Below, one piece after another: positions 28,812 through 43,196 of a DNA stretch of 64,000 nucleotides. This DNA is from Octopus vulgaris. Its lineage: Eukaryota. Both the position numbers and the translations under genes were made by a program. The notes under the pieces were generated by a model. That model was not told the DNA's origin, did no database searches, and worked only from the letters and a program-made list of their open reading frames with translations. The stretch covers positions 27,900,001-27,964,000 of the forward strand of contig OX597827.1 in the NCBI GenBank assembly GCA_951406725.2, written 5' to 3'. Position 1 is the first letter of the stretch, and each line of letters opens with the position of its first letter.

Positions 28812-28959
28812 TGAATCCTTGGCATCATGTTTTTATTTTGATCAATTATATATATATATATATATATATATACAAGTATGTATATGTGTACATTCATATT
28901 TATTATATCAAAGACAATGTCCTTATGTGTTTGTGTATTACTTACATATTCGAAAGCTG

Positions 28960-29510
28960 CTGCACTGATCATAAGGAAATTTGGAACATAAAATCGAAGC
29001 CTAGGGAGAAGGGTAATGCTGTGTGTTTCATACAATTTCATGGACCAAAATTACTGAATGGATCCTTATATTTGAAACTTAGATTCAATGCATAAGGGCA
29101 GGTATAATACAATATGTTTGGTTTGAATTTCAGATGGCTTAAAGGGGGGAGAACCTCTCATGAAATTTTCGATGTTGATGAAATTTCAACCATGGGTAAT
29201 TGACACACATCAAGAAGTATTCTCAAAGTTTCCACTTCACATGAGAACTCTTAGACACCCTAATGGGGGCCTTAACTCCCAAATTTTAGTCATTTCTTTT
29301 ATGAAAGAAAACTAAGTCAAAGGTACGGAATGGATCTTTACGAAATATGGAAATTATATTCTATGCATAAGGGCCACAACCCCCATGACAATTCATATAC
29401 TTTTGCTGTTGATGAAATTTTAACCTTAGATATTAGATACAAATGAAGTAATATTTATAAAATTTCATCTTCTTACAAGTTAGAAAAACACCCACAATTT
29501 TGTCATTTTA
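28960..29510. repeat. Degraded repeat with internal duplications (possibly Helitron/Helentron internal)
   Basis: tgttgatgaaatttcaacc (29173) / tgttgatgaaattttaacc (29407) and repeated atggatc...atgcataaggg blocks. Confidence 0.3.
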
Positions 29511-30322
29511 TCTAAGCAAAGACGAATAGTTGTACTCTTGGAAGCTGTGCAGTCATCCGAGCATAGAAGATGAGCATTATTTGTAATCCAATGGTACAAC
29601 AATGTAAGAGTTTGCTTTGACATACACTTAGATTGTGATTTCTACAATGTGCTGCATAAATTGTCAAGTAAATGAGAGGCATCTTTGCCTCCACTGATTC
29701 AGTTGCAAAGTGTTGAGTAAAGTTATTTGATTGCAGATCTCCTTTCAGTCATTTTATTATCACTGGGTCACACATAGTCCCCACATGGTAACATTGATTT
29801 CAAGGCTTTCCCAGATGAGTGACTGGTTATTCAAAGACATTTATAGATTGTATATTTATTCTGTCCAGTTACGTATCATTATAGTGGTCATTTGCAAACT
29901 CCAATTTCCATTTCTCCTTAGCCCTCACAGTTGTTAATGTTTATTTCAGTTGGGTCACGCCCTTCCAATTGCTATAGATTCGTAATGCATCTTAAGGCTG
30001 TGCCTGTCACCTGCATGGTGAGGAATACTACATTGGGAGTGCTAACGACTAGGGTACTGTAGCTGACTGCATATTGTGATCATTCGTCTTTTGGTTTCCT
30101 GTAGCTTTGCTCTCTTTTACAAACCCAGTGAGCATATATTTCCTATTTCAAAGAAATTCAAATAATAGATATAAGATCCAAGTTAAAAAGATTCTCAACT
30201 TTTTTCCTGAACTTATCTCCCTGTACTTTTCCTTTTCCTTCTTTACCTTTCTTCTTCCACCTCCATTCTTCCACTTGTGTCACCACCACTTACACCTACA
30301 TACACATTCACCACTTCCCAAC

Positions 30323-33187
30323 ATGCCTGACTTGCACTCGTTCGTCCAACACCTTCAATCCTTTCTTAGCCGCTTTCTCGCTTTTTTCCCCCCCCAATGC
30401 TTACAACCCGCAAAAAACTCTCTCACTTACCTTTTAAAAAAACTCGCCACTCCAGCCATCTCTCCTTCCTCAGCCGTTGCCTCCGCTATCACGTCACACC
30501 CCGTGGCTTCTTCTTGAAGTTCCACGCCACCCCCTATTCCTCCCCCTTCATCGAACCCACCCTCGCCCGCACTTCCCGCCTCCTAATCCGTGCTACCATC
30601 CGTTCCACCCGCTCTTTCCTCCACTCCTTTGACCACCTACTTCCCCAAGCTTACCTTCTTCTCTCCTCCCTCTGCCCTCCACTCTTCATCCAACCTATTC
30701 TCCGCTTCATTCTTAATCTCAACCACCAGCTTCATAATTTCCTCACACACACAAAAAACAAAAAACTCCACCACCTCCTCAACCCTTCACCTCCTTCCGC
30801 TCCCCTCTCCTCCACATCCTCCATTTCCTCCCCTCCAGCTTCCCCGACTCTCTCCACCCCTCCCCCCCCCTCCACGGACCAACACACACCCCACCCTGAC
30901 CTTTCTACGCCTACCACCACTTCATCTAACCACCCCACTATCCTCCCCACACCTCTGCACCCCCTCTTCCCGACCCCACTCATCCCACCACCCCGCTTCC
31001 TCGCACTGTTGTCACTATACCCCCCAATCTCCCCCTCTCCGCAGCCGAGCGCTCTCTCCTCAGTAAGGGACTCCGCTTCACGCCTCTCACGCCCCACTGT
31101 GACGAATTCAAGACTCGGACGGACGTCAACCAGTTCCTGCGCCGCCTCAAACTTTGCGCCTTCTACCACGCATCTCCGCAGCGTCACGACAACCAGGATT
31201 GCTTTTTGGAGCTGGGGCGCCGCCCATCCAACTGGACGCCGCCCCCGAGCCAATTCAGTAGCCTAGAATCGTTTGTGAACGACTGCAACGGGTTGGTAAA
31301 CCGGTTTAATTTTTAAAAAAGACCTCTCCGAGACAACTTCACACAGGCTGAATTGGTTGCCCTTCGCCACCTCCGTCGCCGTAATGACATTGTCATCAAA
31401 CCGGCGGACAAAGGCGGAGCAGTGGTGGTGTGACGCGCGGATCTCTACAGGGAGGAAGCGCTCAGCCAGCTTCAAAATCCCCTCTTCTATCGCCTCCTCC
31501 CCTCTGATCCCACCTCTTCCTACCAACAGCGAGTGTCCTCCACTATCCGCGAACTCATCTCCTCTTCTGCTCTCCCCCCACCGCCACCAACCTCATCGTC
31601 CGCACACCCCGCACCTCCACCATCTATTTCCTTCCCAAAATTCATAAGCCCAATACCCCTGGCCGACCCATCGTTTCCGCCTGTAATTGCCCTACTGAAC
31701 ACATTTCCCTATACCTCGACCGCATCCTGTCCCCTTTAGTCAAAGCCCTCTCTTCCCACATACATGATACCAACCACGCCCTCCGTCTCTTCAATTCCTT
31801 TTCCTTCCCTTCCAGCCCCTCACACCTCCTCTTCACCATTGACATCAAATCAGTGTATACGGTAATTCCCCACAACGACGGTCTCCTAGCTCTCCAACAG
31901 CGTCGCCCCGACCCCACCCCTAGCACCCCCACCATCCTCCGCCTGGCAGAGCTCGTCCTAACCTTCAACTGTTTCATGTTCGCTGGGGAAACGTACCAAC
32001 AGTTGTCCGGGGTCGCGATGGGAACGAGAATGGGTCCCAATTTCGCCAATCTCTTTGTTGGCTACATTGAGGCCCAAGTATTCTCCCAATTCTCCGGGCC
32101 GACCCCAGAACTATACGGTCGTTACATAGACGACTGTATAGGCGCCACCTCCCTTTCCCGCGAACAACTCTGCCACTTCATCTCTTTCCTCTCTAACTTC
32201 CACCCCTCTCTACAATTCACTTCCACCATATCCAATACTTCCGTTAACTTCCTTGATATCTCACTCAGCATCGACCACCCCTCCCACTCTCTCACCACTT
32301 CCGCCTTCTTCAAACCCACGGATTCCCACCTCTATCTCAACTTCTCCTCCTCCCATCCCTTCCACACTAAACGGGCTATCCCCTACTCCCAGTTCCTCCG
32401 CCTCCGACTCCTGTGCAGCCGCGACCAGGATTTCAAGACCCAGTCTCAATACCTGGCCCGCCTGTTCAGGCTTCGAGGATACCCACCTACCCTGGTCTTG
32501 AACGCCCTCGCCCGCGCTCGCCGCATTGACCGCACCACCGCCCTTTCTCCTTCCAATCACCCACCCACCAACCGCACCCCCTTTCCCCTCCTTTTCCACC
32601 CCTCTACTCTACCCCTACGTCGGAAGATACTTCGTGCCTTCCGTCGTCTCCAGCTCGATTCCACGACCCACCCCATTTTCCCCAACCCACCCCTGTCCTC
32701 CTTCAAACGAGCCCGGAATCTACGCGACCTCCTGGTCCGTAGCACCCTCCCTTCTTCCCTCTCGGCCCCACTCGGATACTTCCCATGCTCCAGATCCCGC
32801 TGCAACACCTGCCCCCTCATCACCAACACCACTGCTGTAACCGGTTCCAACCGGCGAACTGTACGTATCAGGTATTCCTTTACGTGCACCTCGTCTGGAC
32901 TCATATACTGCATTAAATGCAACCGCTTCAGGATGCTGTATATAGGACAGACGGGACGCCGATTGTCAGACCGATTCGCCGAGCATCTGCGGGATGTTCG
33001 TCTACTTTCCAATTCTCCCGTCGCACGGCACTTCCGCTCGGCCAGCCTTTCCCCCGATGACATCTCGGTGTTTCGTCTTGCCCCACACAACGGCTCCCCC
33101 CAATCTAGGCTTCACTTGGAGCAACGGTTCATATTCCTTCTACGGACTCTAACCCCACACGGACTCAAAACAGCCCCCTCCTCTTAG
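30323..33187 (+). pseudogene. Penelope-like element polyprotein (RT + Cys-rich linker + GIY-YIG endonuclease), Neptune-like, disrupted
   Basis: Across frames: HLSFLSRCL...TPRGF, LLSKGLRFTP, IVIKPADKGGAVVV, LPKIHKPNTPGRPIVS, IDIKSVYTVIP, GVAMGTRMGP, RYIDD, FLD, KPTDSHLYLNFSSSHP, CSRSRCNTC, GLIYCIKC...YIGQTGRRLSDRFAEH, LEQRFIFLLRTLTPHGL. Stops at 31314 (TAA) and 31431 (TGA) and several frameshifts; 31853-33187 is open. Confidence 0.93.
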
Positions 33188-33304
33188 TGACTGCGCTCCA
33201 CTTCTCTCCACGCATCTTTTATTTTTTATTTTTTATTTTTTGTTTATTAATTATTATTTATTTTTATTTTTTTAATATTTATAATTGTCCTTGCAGTAAC
33301 AAAA

Positions 33305-35203
33305 ACACACATACTCACGTACCCACGAACACACCTATTTCCAACACACCACACACACACAACGTACATGCACATGTACGCACACATACTTCCATACCCA
33401 TACACACACCCACACAACCACACACCCCCACGCACACACACACACATGCCCGTGCACACACACCAGGGACAATACACATACAGATACGCACACTCCTATA
33501 AACACCTAGCTGGGACGCACAGATACACGCACGTAAGCGCACACACGCACATGTACCTTACGCCCACGCAACTCCAACCCCCCCCACACGTATACATTCA
33601 CACACACACATACATACGTACACACACATAATACATACATAGATACATTCATACATACATACATACATACACACACACGCACACATACATACATACATAC
33701 ATACATTCATACATACATACACACACACATACACACACACACATACACACATACATACATATATACACACATACATACACACACACATACATACACACAT
33801 ACATACATACGCATACACACACATACATACACACACATATACATACATACACATACACATACACACACATACATACATATATACATACACACATACATAT
33901 ACATACATACATACATACATACATACATACATACATACATACATACATACATACATACATACATACATACACACACACACATACATACACATATGCATAC
34001 ACACACATACACATATGCACACATACATACATTCACACACACATACATACACACATACATACATACATACATACATACATACATACACACACATACATAT
34101 ACATACACACATACATACACACACATACCCACACACACACACGCACACATACATACACACACATACATACATGCATACATACACACACGTACACACACAC
34201 ATACATACATACATACATACAAACATACATACACACATACACACACACACACATACATACACACACACACACACACACATACACATACATACACACATAC
34301 ACACACATACACGCACATACATATACATACATACATACACACACATACACACATACACTAATACACACATACATACGCACACATACATACACACATACAT
34401 AGATACATACACACACACATACATATACATACATACACACGCACATACATATACACACATACATACACACACACACATACACACATACACGCATGCACAC
34501 ATACATACATATATACACATACATACACACACACATACATACGCACATACATACAAACACACACTTACATATATACATACACACACATGCATACACACAC
34601 ACATACACACATACATACACACACACATACACACATATATACATACACACACATACATATACATACATACATACATACATACATACATACACACACACAT
34701 ACTATACACACATACATACATACACACACGCGTACATATACATACATACATACATACATACATACACACACACATACACACATACACCCGTACATACATA
34801 CATACACACACACTTACATACACACACATACATACACACTTACACACATACACACACATACACACATACACATATACATACATACACACACACATACATA
34901 CATATATACACACATACATACACACATACATACATAGATACATACATACACAAACATACATATACATACATACAAACACACACACATACACACACACACA
35001 CGCACACATACATACATACATACACATACATACACACACACGTACATACATACATACACACAAACTTACACACACACACATACATACATACATACATACA
35101 CACACATACACACACATACACACATACATACATACATACATACATACACACATACATACACACACATATACATACATACACACACACATACACACACATA
35201 CAT

Positions 35204-35239
<36 letters not shown>

Positions 35240-35573
35240 GCACACATACATACATACACACATACATACATACACACACACATACATACACTACATACAT
35301 AGATACATACATACATACACACATATACATAAACATACATATGTACACACACGCACATACACACATACACGCATGCAAAAATACATACATACACACATAC
35401 GTACATACATACATACATACACACACATTTACACACTTACACACACACATACATACGTACGTACATACATACATACATACATACATACACACACATACAC
35501 ACACACACATACATACATACATACATACATACACACATACACACACATACACACATACATACATACACACACG

Positions 35574-35604
<31 letters not shown>

Positions 35605-35632
35605 ACACACATACATACATACACACACGCAT

Positions 35633-35666
<34 letters not shown>

Positions 35667-36140
35667 ACACTCCTACATACACACATATAAACACACATAT
35701 AAGCCCCTACATTGTACACACACGCACACATATATACATACATTCACTCGCACGCACGTACACACACACGCACACACACACATTTACATATATACATACT
35801 ATACACTCACACACACATACACACGTACAAGCACACACAAACTCACATACACACCGACAGATATACATACACATTATACACCTATCCGCGCACGCACACA
35901 CAAACACATACAAACGCACACATACACGCACACACATACACGTACATACATACACTCTCACACAAATGAACCCACACATACATCCCTACACACACACGCA
36001 CGTACAAGCACACACGCACGTACAAGCACACACGCACTAGGTTAAACAGTTACTCGCCACACACCCACACTCTACGCATACACACACGAACACACACATG
36101 CACACACACACACACTACAAACAACACACACACATGATAC
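33305..36140. repeat. About 2.8-kb mosaic (CA)n/(CATA)n low-complexity tract inside the PLE 3' region
   Basis: Interleaved CA and CATA units between the PLE stop codon and its pLTR. Confidence 0.95.
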
Positions 36141-36329
36141 ATATAGCCCTTTGTTTTATTGACCCGGTTTTGACCTGGCTTGATACAAACAGCTAGTAGT
36201 CATTATGACAGCTGGCTTTGTCATTGCCTTTATTCACCAAAAATACACACACACACACACACACGCACGCACAAACACACTTGTCAACTTGCACATACAC
36301 ACACGCATTCCTTTTTTTTTGGAACTCTC

Positions 36330-36594
36330 TTGCCGTATAAAACCATGTTTCAGCTACCTTCAACTTCTGTTCTTTCAACATGTGATCTCTTGAGCACCAC
36401 CAGCTCAAATATTTTCTCCTCTGTCTTCCCTCCTTGGGATCTTTCCTTCTCCTTGTTTCCGACGAAGAGCTCCGCTCGAAACATTAAACTCTCCTTCCCT
36501 TCTTTCCTGAGCGTCAATAATACTTTAATTGTTCCACGTCCTGCGTTGCTGTGTTTTTTTTTCTTTTTTTTTCTGTGTTTTCTTGTTTGTATTA

Positions 36595-36598
<4 letters not shown>
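36330..36598 (+). mobile_element. PLE 3' pLTR with minimal HHR (36457-36490)
   Basis: ttt-CCGACGA-a-GAGC-tcc-GCTC-GAAA-ca-tt-aaa; homologous to 54955-55120 in reverse; ends in (TA)n. Confidence 0.8.
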
Positions 36599-36684
<86 letters not shown>

Positions 36685-37150
36685 GGTATATGTGTGTATA
36701 TTTATGTATCCTGTATTCATACCAAACAACGGAGACTCATACATTTTGCATAATACAACCTAAAAGACGTATTGTAATTGTACGAAAAGGAATTTAGAAA
36801 GAAAGTAGAAAATTTATGTAAAAATGAAAACGTACAAAATACAATAACATTAAATAATAAATATAGGTTTGCATGTGTTTGATGTATGCTGATCACAGTC
36901 TTGTAATGGATAGCTGCCATGAAGGAAATATTTTCATACTAAATTCTGCTACCACGATAATTTTCTACAGTTTCAACAAGAGACGGATTGCGCCATATTT
37001 TCTAAGTGCAGCACTCGTCCATCTGCATCGCAAGATGATGTCTTTCTGTCAAAAGTGATTTTCTTAAAGCGCAACTTAACATTCTTTCATCAAGCTAAAC
37101 CATAAAAAAAACGAGCTATACAAACATGCATATATATATGTATATATATG

Positions 37151-37249
<99 letters not shown>

Positions 37250-37467
37250 GGAAATGCATACACATATATGAATCAGTCTATATGTATAAAAATCAAAATG
37301 AAAAAATATAATTTTTTGGCTTATGCTACTTTTTAATCACAATTCATAAAGTCTCCGTCGACATTCTTCTTTTTCTTCTTCTTCTTCTTCTTCTTCTTCT
37401 TCTTCTTCTTCTTCTTCTTCTTCTTCTTCTTCTTCTTCTTCTTCTTCTTCTTCTTCTTCTTCTTTTA

Positions 37468-37509
<42 letters not shown>

Positions 37510-38105
37510 GTTAATATACTTTCACTGGAATGAAATGAGAATTAAAAGTATGCGTATGTACGTCTGCGTCTGTCTGCCTGTCTTCCCCCTCTCTCTCTCT
37601 CTACAAATATATATCTATATATTTGTAGAGAGAGAGAGACAGAGAGAGCGAGAGAGGCATGGGATTGCATCTAATAAGTACACGATAGTTTTATTTATTT
37701 ATTTATCCATATATTTATCCATTTATTTATTTATTTATTTATTTATTATACATTATGTTTTATAGAACTTTACTCAAAGCAACGGATACCACTTTACTCG
37801 CAACTCGCTTGATCTGGTTTTCTCTTTCCCTCTATCTATTTAATCTTTGCACCTTTCTGTCTTCCTTTCCCTCCCTCCCTTCTTCCCTTCCACATATATA
37901 AGTGTATGTATATGTGTGTGTGTGTGTGCGTGTGTGTATATATATATGTGTATATATGTGTGTGTGTATTTATGTATGTATGTATGTGAGTATGCATGTA
38001 TGTATGTATGTATGTATACATGTATGCATATATGTATGTATTTGTATATATATTCTCATTTTTCTTCTTGAAAATGTTATACATATATATATATATATAT
38101 AGTTT

Positions 38106-38137
<32 letters not shown>

Positions 38138-38249
38138 CATACATACATACATACATACATGCATACATATATGTATGTGTTTGTGTACATACATACGTAC
38201 ACGTATACATATATATCGAGAGCTAGGTATAAATAGATGGATAAATAGT

Positions 38250-38281
<32 letters not shown>

Positions 38282-38282
38282 C

Positions 38283-38356
<74 letters not shown>

Positions 38357-38736
38357 GTATGATGGCCCAAATAGGTGAAAATATGTATACGTACATACAA
38401 AGAAAAGGAGACACTACACACACCGACACACGATCGTCTCACTAACTCTCTACGCTGTCTTTGTATTCCATTTCTTTCTTAGGCACACACAAACTTGACT
38501 TTAATTGTTTATGACTGAATTTCAGAAAAATACGCCTCTTTTAGCTTACACATATAAATACACTCGCACACGCGCAGTTGCAAAAACTCATACACTTACA
38601 CATGCATACATTTATGTATACATATGTTTAAACTTTCCTTTTTATGTTAAGTTATGATAAAATCAAGTTTACCTTATGCTAAAATTTTACTCATTTTTGT
38701 TGACGATATATTTATTAGTCTTTACGAAGAACGGTA

Positions 38737-38832
38737 CTGACAATGCCTTCGATGTTTCGGTCTGTTCCGACGTCATCGGACAGTTTGCTGTTGACTTAAC
38801 TGGCCCAAACTTTGAAGTTACTGACAATACTA
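38737..38832 (-). ncRNA. Degenerate HHR family H9 with fold-back partial copy
   Basis: Minus: gu-CCGAUGA-c-GUC-ggaaca-GAC-c-GAAA-CAUCGAAG-gc-auugucagu; the + strand repeats aaactttgaagttactgacaat. Confidence 0.45.
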
Positions 38833-38941
38833 TTCTTGTTAAATACACACACGCAAGCACACACACAGACACACATATACATACATACATATATATATAT
38901 ACATCTGTCTCTGTCTATTTCTCTCTCTCTCTCTCTCTCTC

Positions 38942-38985
<44 letters not shown>

Positions 38986-39159
38986 GTACAAAGTAAGATA
39001 GGGGTTATGGGTTTAACCCACTATGGGATATCATTTATCCAATATACTGTTGGTAAATTACCCAAATTCTTAATACAAAAATGCTTTTAATTGCAATGCA
39101 ATTAAGTCATTTATTGTATTAAACGGGTGAAGGTAAAGAAATATTTTACCGTAAATTTA

Positions 39160-39738
39160 TAATACAAATAAGAAAATGGAGAAACAAATTTGGTTTGTTC
39201 ATCAACTTACGGATATTATGATATTGGATTATTTATTCATTTTACAAATAAGAACATCAAAAGCATACAAAAATATTATATAAATCAATAGATAAGATAA
39301 TAATACAAATACAGATTGTAAGAGTCACAGTATAAATTAATGAAATCCTAAAAACTACTTCTTACAGCTGTTTCAGTCTATGGTCAAAAGTAAGTTTAAT
39401 TTTCATTGCCTATAGATGTCAACATACTAAGGCATACTGTAGGCATTTTAAAAATTATAATACTTATATATTAAAAAAACCATAGGCCTCGTCAGAGCTT
39501 ATAATGGACTTTAGAAATATTAATATTAATATACTAACGTAATTTTTTAGGATTTCATTAATTTATAGTATGACTTATAAAATCTGTATTTGTATGATTA
39601 ACTTATCTATTGATTATATAACATTTTTGTATGCTTTTGATGTTCTCATTTGTAAAATGAATAAATAATCCAACATTATAATATCCCTAAGTTGATGAAC
39701 AAACCAGATTTGTTTCTCCATTTTCTTATTTGTATTAT
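39160..39738. repeat. About 185-bp inverted repeat enclosing an HHR (cassette family H5)
   Basis: 39160-39355 is the reverse complement of 39545-39738 with scattered substitutions. Confidence 0.9.
39358..39498 (-). ncRNA. Hammerhead ribozyme with about 95-nt helix II loop
   Basis: Minus: cu-CUGACGA-GGCCUAUGG...CCAUAGACU-GAAA-CAGCUG-UA-ag; helix I is short. Confidence 0.7.
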
Positions 39739-39747
39739 ATATATATA

Positions 39748-40139
39748 CTAGCAGTATCGCCCGGCGTTGCTCGGGTTTGTAAGGGAAGTAACTATATAAG
39801 CATTTTTAGAGATGTAAAGTATAATAGCCATCTCAATATGGCTAACAACAAAGGGGGTGTTACTGTAGCTTTTTACGTTCTGAGATTTAATAATACATTT
39901 TTAGAGAGTTACTTCCCTTATATAATACCAAAAAATGCATTAAAATGGGAAAAAATGATGGTAATCTTTTAAAAATCTTAGACTCATTGTAGACGCGCGC
40001 TAATACCCAGAAGGGCTCGATATGAATCACGACTTAACGATACCCGCTTTTGGTTACACTGCATCGTAAAATGTGGGAGTAGTTAGGAATCTAAATTGTA
40101 GGAGACAGACACACAACTTCACTTTTATATATAAAGAGA
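39748..40139 (-). mobile_element. Non-autonomous Helitron
   Basis: Minus strand starts A|TCTCTTTATATATAAAA and ends with hairpin CCCG-agcaacgc-CGGG then CTAG|T; no TSD. Confidence 0.85.
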
Positions 40140-40372
40140 TGTGTGTGTGTGTGTGTGTGTATGTGTGCGTGTGTGTATGCGTGTGTGTGTGTGCTAATAC
40201 CGAACAGGAAAAATGATTCCTCGATATTGCAATGGTTGCTAGATAGTTTTTTTTATTGGTTAACAAGGCAACAAGTGGTTCCATGCAAAGATATTTTCAC
40301 AATTGTTTTAAGAAGACCTCATCTAATTGCTGGTACTCGTCTCTGTTTTGGATGAGAATATGCACACAAAAA

Positions 40373-40425
<53 letters not shown>

Positions 40426-40444
40426 TAAAGTATATATATATAAT

Positions 40445-40561
40445 TTATTTAAAAGCAGCAAAAATATTTTTACTGCTTCTTAATAAAGCATATTAATTAC
40501 TCTACCTCTGGTATTCGAGTACTATTTTTTCCACCTTGTTTCGCATTTATGTGCTTACTCT

Positions 40562-40563
<2 letters not shown>
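40445..40563 (+). mobile_element. 3' end of HHR cassette family H1 with short fold-back
   Basis: Reverse of 59624-59715; ends ...gtgcttactctgg(TA)n. Confidence 0.75.
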
Positions 40564-40608
<45 letters not shown>

Positions 40609-41096
40609 ATATATATGTATATAAGTATATAAGTATACAAATAAATGCATATTAGGTTATATTGGATTCATAGAAAATCAAGTTATATTACTTTATAGTA
40701 GTGCTCAATCGCACCACTGATTAGCTAGGCGGAACCACTTAAAGCAGGCAGAAAATTAATCCATTATCAATTTCAAAGCATAAATGAAGACTAGTCACTG
40801 TTGTCGAGCAATTCTTAATTCGACGAATATGAGAGTGTTTGAGTTGGTGTGAAGCTATCTCGTTTAAAAAGAAACGAATGTTTTGAAATAATGAGACGAT
40901 TGTTTCGTTGTGAAAGTTTCTTTAGTGTTTACGTAATACAGTATTGTGGATCACGTGATATATTGTGCAAAGTTTTATGCTAATCAGGGATTATTCCAGA
41001 TAGAGTTGAACAAAGACTTAGGTAATCTTTTCATTAGCAAGCAAGTTTTATATATACATATTCATAATTGCACACACACACACACACAGTCGCACG

Positions 41097-41160
<64 letters not shown>

Positions 41161-41166
<6 letters not shown>

Positions 41167-41971
41167 CATAATCAAAAAGGGTAATAACTTAGGTTATTAT
41201 GACCAATGGCCTAGCACAAAAGACGAATTAGTCATTAGATAAAATATTATTCATATAGAAATATAATAAAAGCTCCCAAATAAGGAAGCTTAGTGCTAGA
41301 GACACAAAGAGGGATAAATTCATGGAGAGAGTGAAAATCAAAAACATTTGCCATTAACAATATATCCCGGACTGATCAGTTTCTACCTCTTTCTTGCAAA
41401 TATAGTCCGGGATATATCGTTAATGGTAAATGTTTTTGATTTTCACTCTCTCCATGAATTTATCCCTCTTCGTGTCTCTAGCACTAAGCTTCCTTTTTTG
41501 GGAGCCGTTTATTATATTTCTATATAAATGATATTTTTCTATATGAATAATATTTCGTCTAATGACTAATTCCTCTTTTGTGCTAGGCCACTGGTAATAA
41601 TAACCTATGTTATTACCCTTTTTGATTATGTTCACATATTACTTGATAAATTTGTTCGTAAAACTTTTTACCGGCATGTCCTATGTTGCCGGGTATATTT
41701 TGCGTCTGCGCAGAGGCTTGAAAAGTTAAGATATACAAATTGTTAGATCGACATGTGCTCTAACGCTCTGTGCATCTAGAATAAGGAAGGCGTCCCGCTG
41801 ACGAACCTTGCCTTGGCAAACATATTCTGTCTGTTTTGCTAGAAAGAGGTGGAAACTGATCAGTCTGGGATATATCGTTAATGGTAAATGTTTTTGATTT
41901 TGACTATCTCCATGAATTTATCCCTCTTTGTGTCTCTGTCGCTAAGCTTCCTTATTTGGGAGCCTTTTATT

Positions 41972-41977
<6 letters not shown>
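41161..41977 (+). mobile_element. HHR cassette family H4: inverted copy plus two direct partial repeats (pLTR-like)
   Basis: 41161-41372 is inverted relative to 41404-41634; 41835-41977 repeats the same sequence on +; flanked by (TA)n and (CT)n(TA)n; no ORF. Confidence 0.85.
41793..41870 (+). ncRNA. Hammerhead ribozyme type I, intact core (H4)
   Basis: UCCCG-CUGACGA-ACCU...AGGU-g-GAAA-CUGAUCAG-UC-UGGGA: 5-bp helix I, 8-nt palindrome, GUC site. Confidence 0.85.
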
Positions 41978-42060
<83 letters not shown>

Positions 42061-42253
42061 AATAAATATTACAGGGAAAAATCAGATTTAGGATTGAATC
42101 CAATTTTATAGTAAAATATTATATTATATTATATTAGAGACAAAACCACTATAGGCAAATCAAACAATGAAAAACTTAATCCAATACATAATATTATTTA
42201 ATTTATATTATTTAAATATATAACATAATTATTAAAAAATATAATTAATATCA

Positions 42254-42317
42254 CACTACGATCGTTTCATGCCTGCTAACATCTTCAAATTTTTGAGTCG
42301 CTGTCATTCATCAGGTG
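42254..42317 (-). ncRNA. Hammerhead ribozyme type I, intact core (H6)
   Basis: Minus: CAC-CUGAUGA-AUG...CAU-GAAA-CGAUCG-UA-GUG, in AT-rich cassette 42060-42370 bounded by (TA)n. Confidence 0.8.
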
Positions 42318-42360
42318 GTTTAAATATTTAACTTGGCGAGGTTTAAACAATGAACTCAAT

Positions 42361-42410
<50 letters not shown>

Positions 42411-42443
42411 GTATAATATATATGCATGCATATGGTCGTACAT

Positions 42444-42728
42444 AGGCGCAGGAGTAGCTGTGAGTTAAAAAGCTTGCTTTCTAACCACATGTTTCCGGGT
42501 CCAGCCCCAGTATCGAGGCCTCTTGGGCAAATGTCATCTATTATAGCCTCGGGTTATAGTAGAAGACATAGTAAAAGAGACCGAAAGAATAAGTGCTAGC
42601 CTGAAAAAATACAAGAAATAAGTCCTGGGGCGATTTGTCCGACTAAAGTCCTTCGAGGTGATACTCCAGCATGGCCGCAGTGAAATGACTGAAACAAGTA
42701 AAAGAATTAAAGTCTAAAAGAATAAAAA
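42444..42728 (+). mobile_element. SINE family B, internally deleted
   Basis: ggcgcaggagtagctgtg head, cttgggcaaatgtc, tail ccagcatggccgcagtgaaatgactgaaacaagtaaaagaat. Confidence 0.8.
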
Positions 42729-43196
42729 GTTTCCACATGTCAATCTTAATTTTTATAATTGTAAACTTCCTAATTTATCGTCAAATAAATATTCTTTGAG
42801 ACATCGCTTGCTATATGAAGAGAAGAGTAGTGAATGATACAAAGCTAAAATCCATTGGACACAGATTCACCTGCAACGTAATAACGAGGTTCAATTGCCA
42901 CTTCTTACTAATATAACAAAACCATATTCCATTATTTTATATTATCTAAGTGTAAAAACTATATTTGTAATACAAGACAATATGATGGATTTTTATACAT
43001 AATTATTACGGATTAAAGCAGAAGACTTACCAAGGAGGCATACATGCATTTCAAAACCCACTTACTAAAGTTTAATTACCAAAATCAAAAGCAGTAATTT
43101 TTAATTTATATTTCAAACAAACACCATTTTCCATTATTACTTCATATTTATAAAAAAAATTACTATTCGATAAATTATACAAATTTCACAGTTTTA

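Noticed and set aside
31431-31433. In-frame TGA as possible selenocysteine
   Set aside because: It follows DKGGAVVV where Trp is expected (TGG>TGA), and the copy has other stops and frameshifts.
30732-33090. Minus-strand ORFs over the PLE (173, 135, 177 aa)
   Set aside because: Antisense shadows of a C-rich coding strand.
33558-36045. 702-aa (-) and 676-aa (+) ORFs
   Set aside because: Translations of CA/CATA repeats that lack stop codons by composition (C/V/M/Y or H/T/I/Y only).
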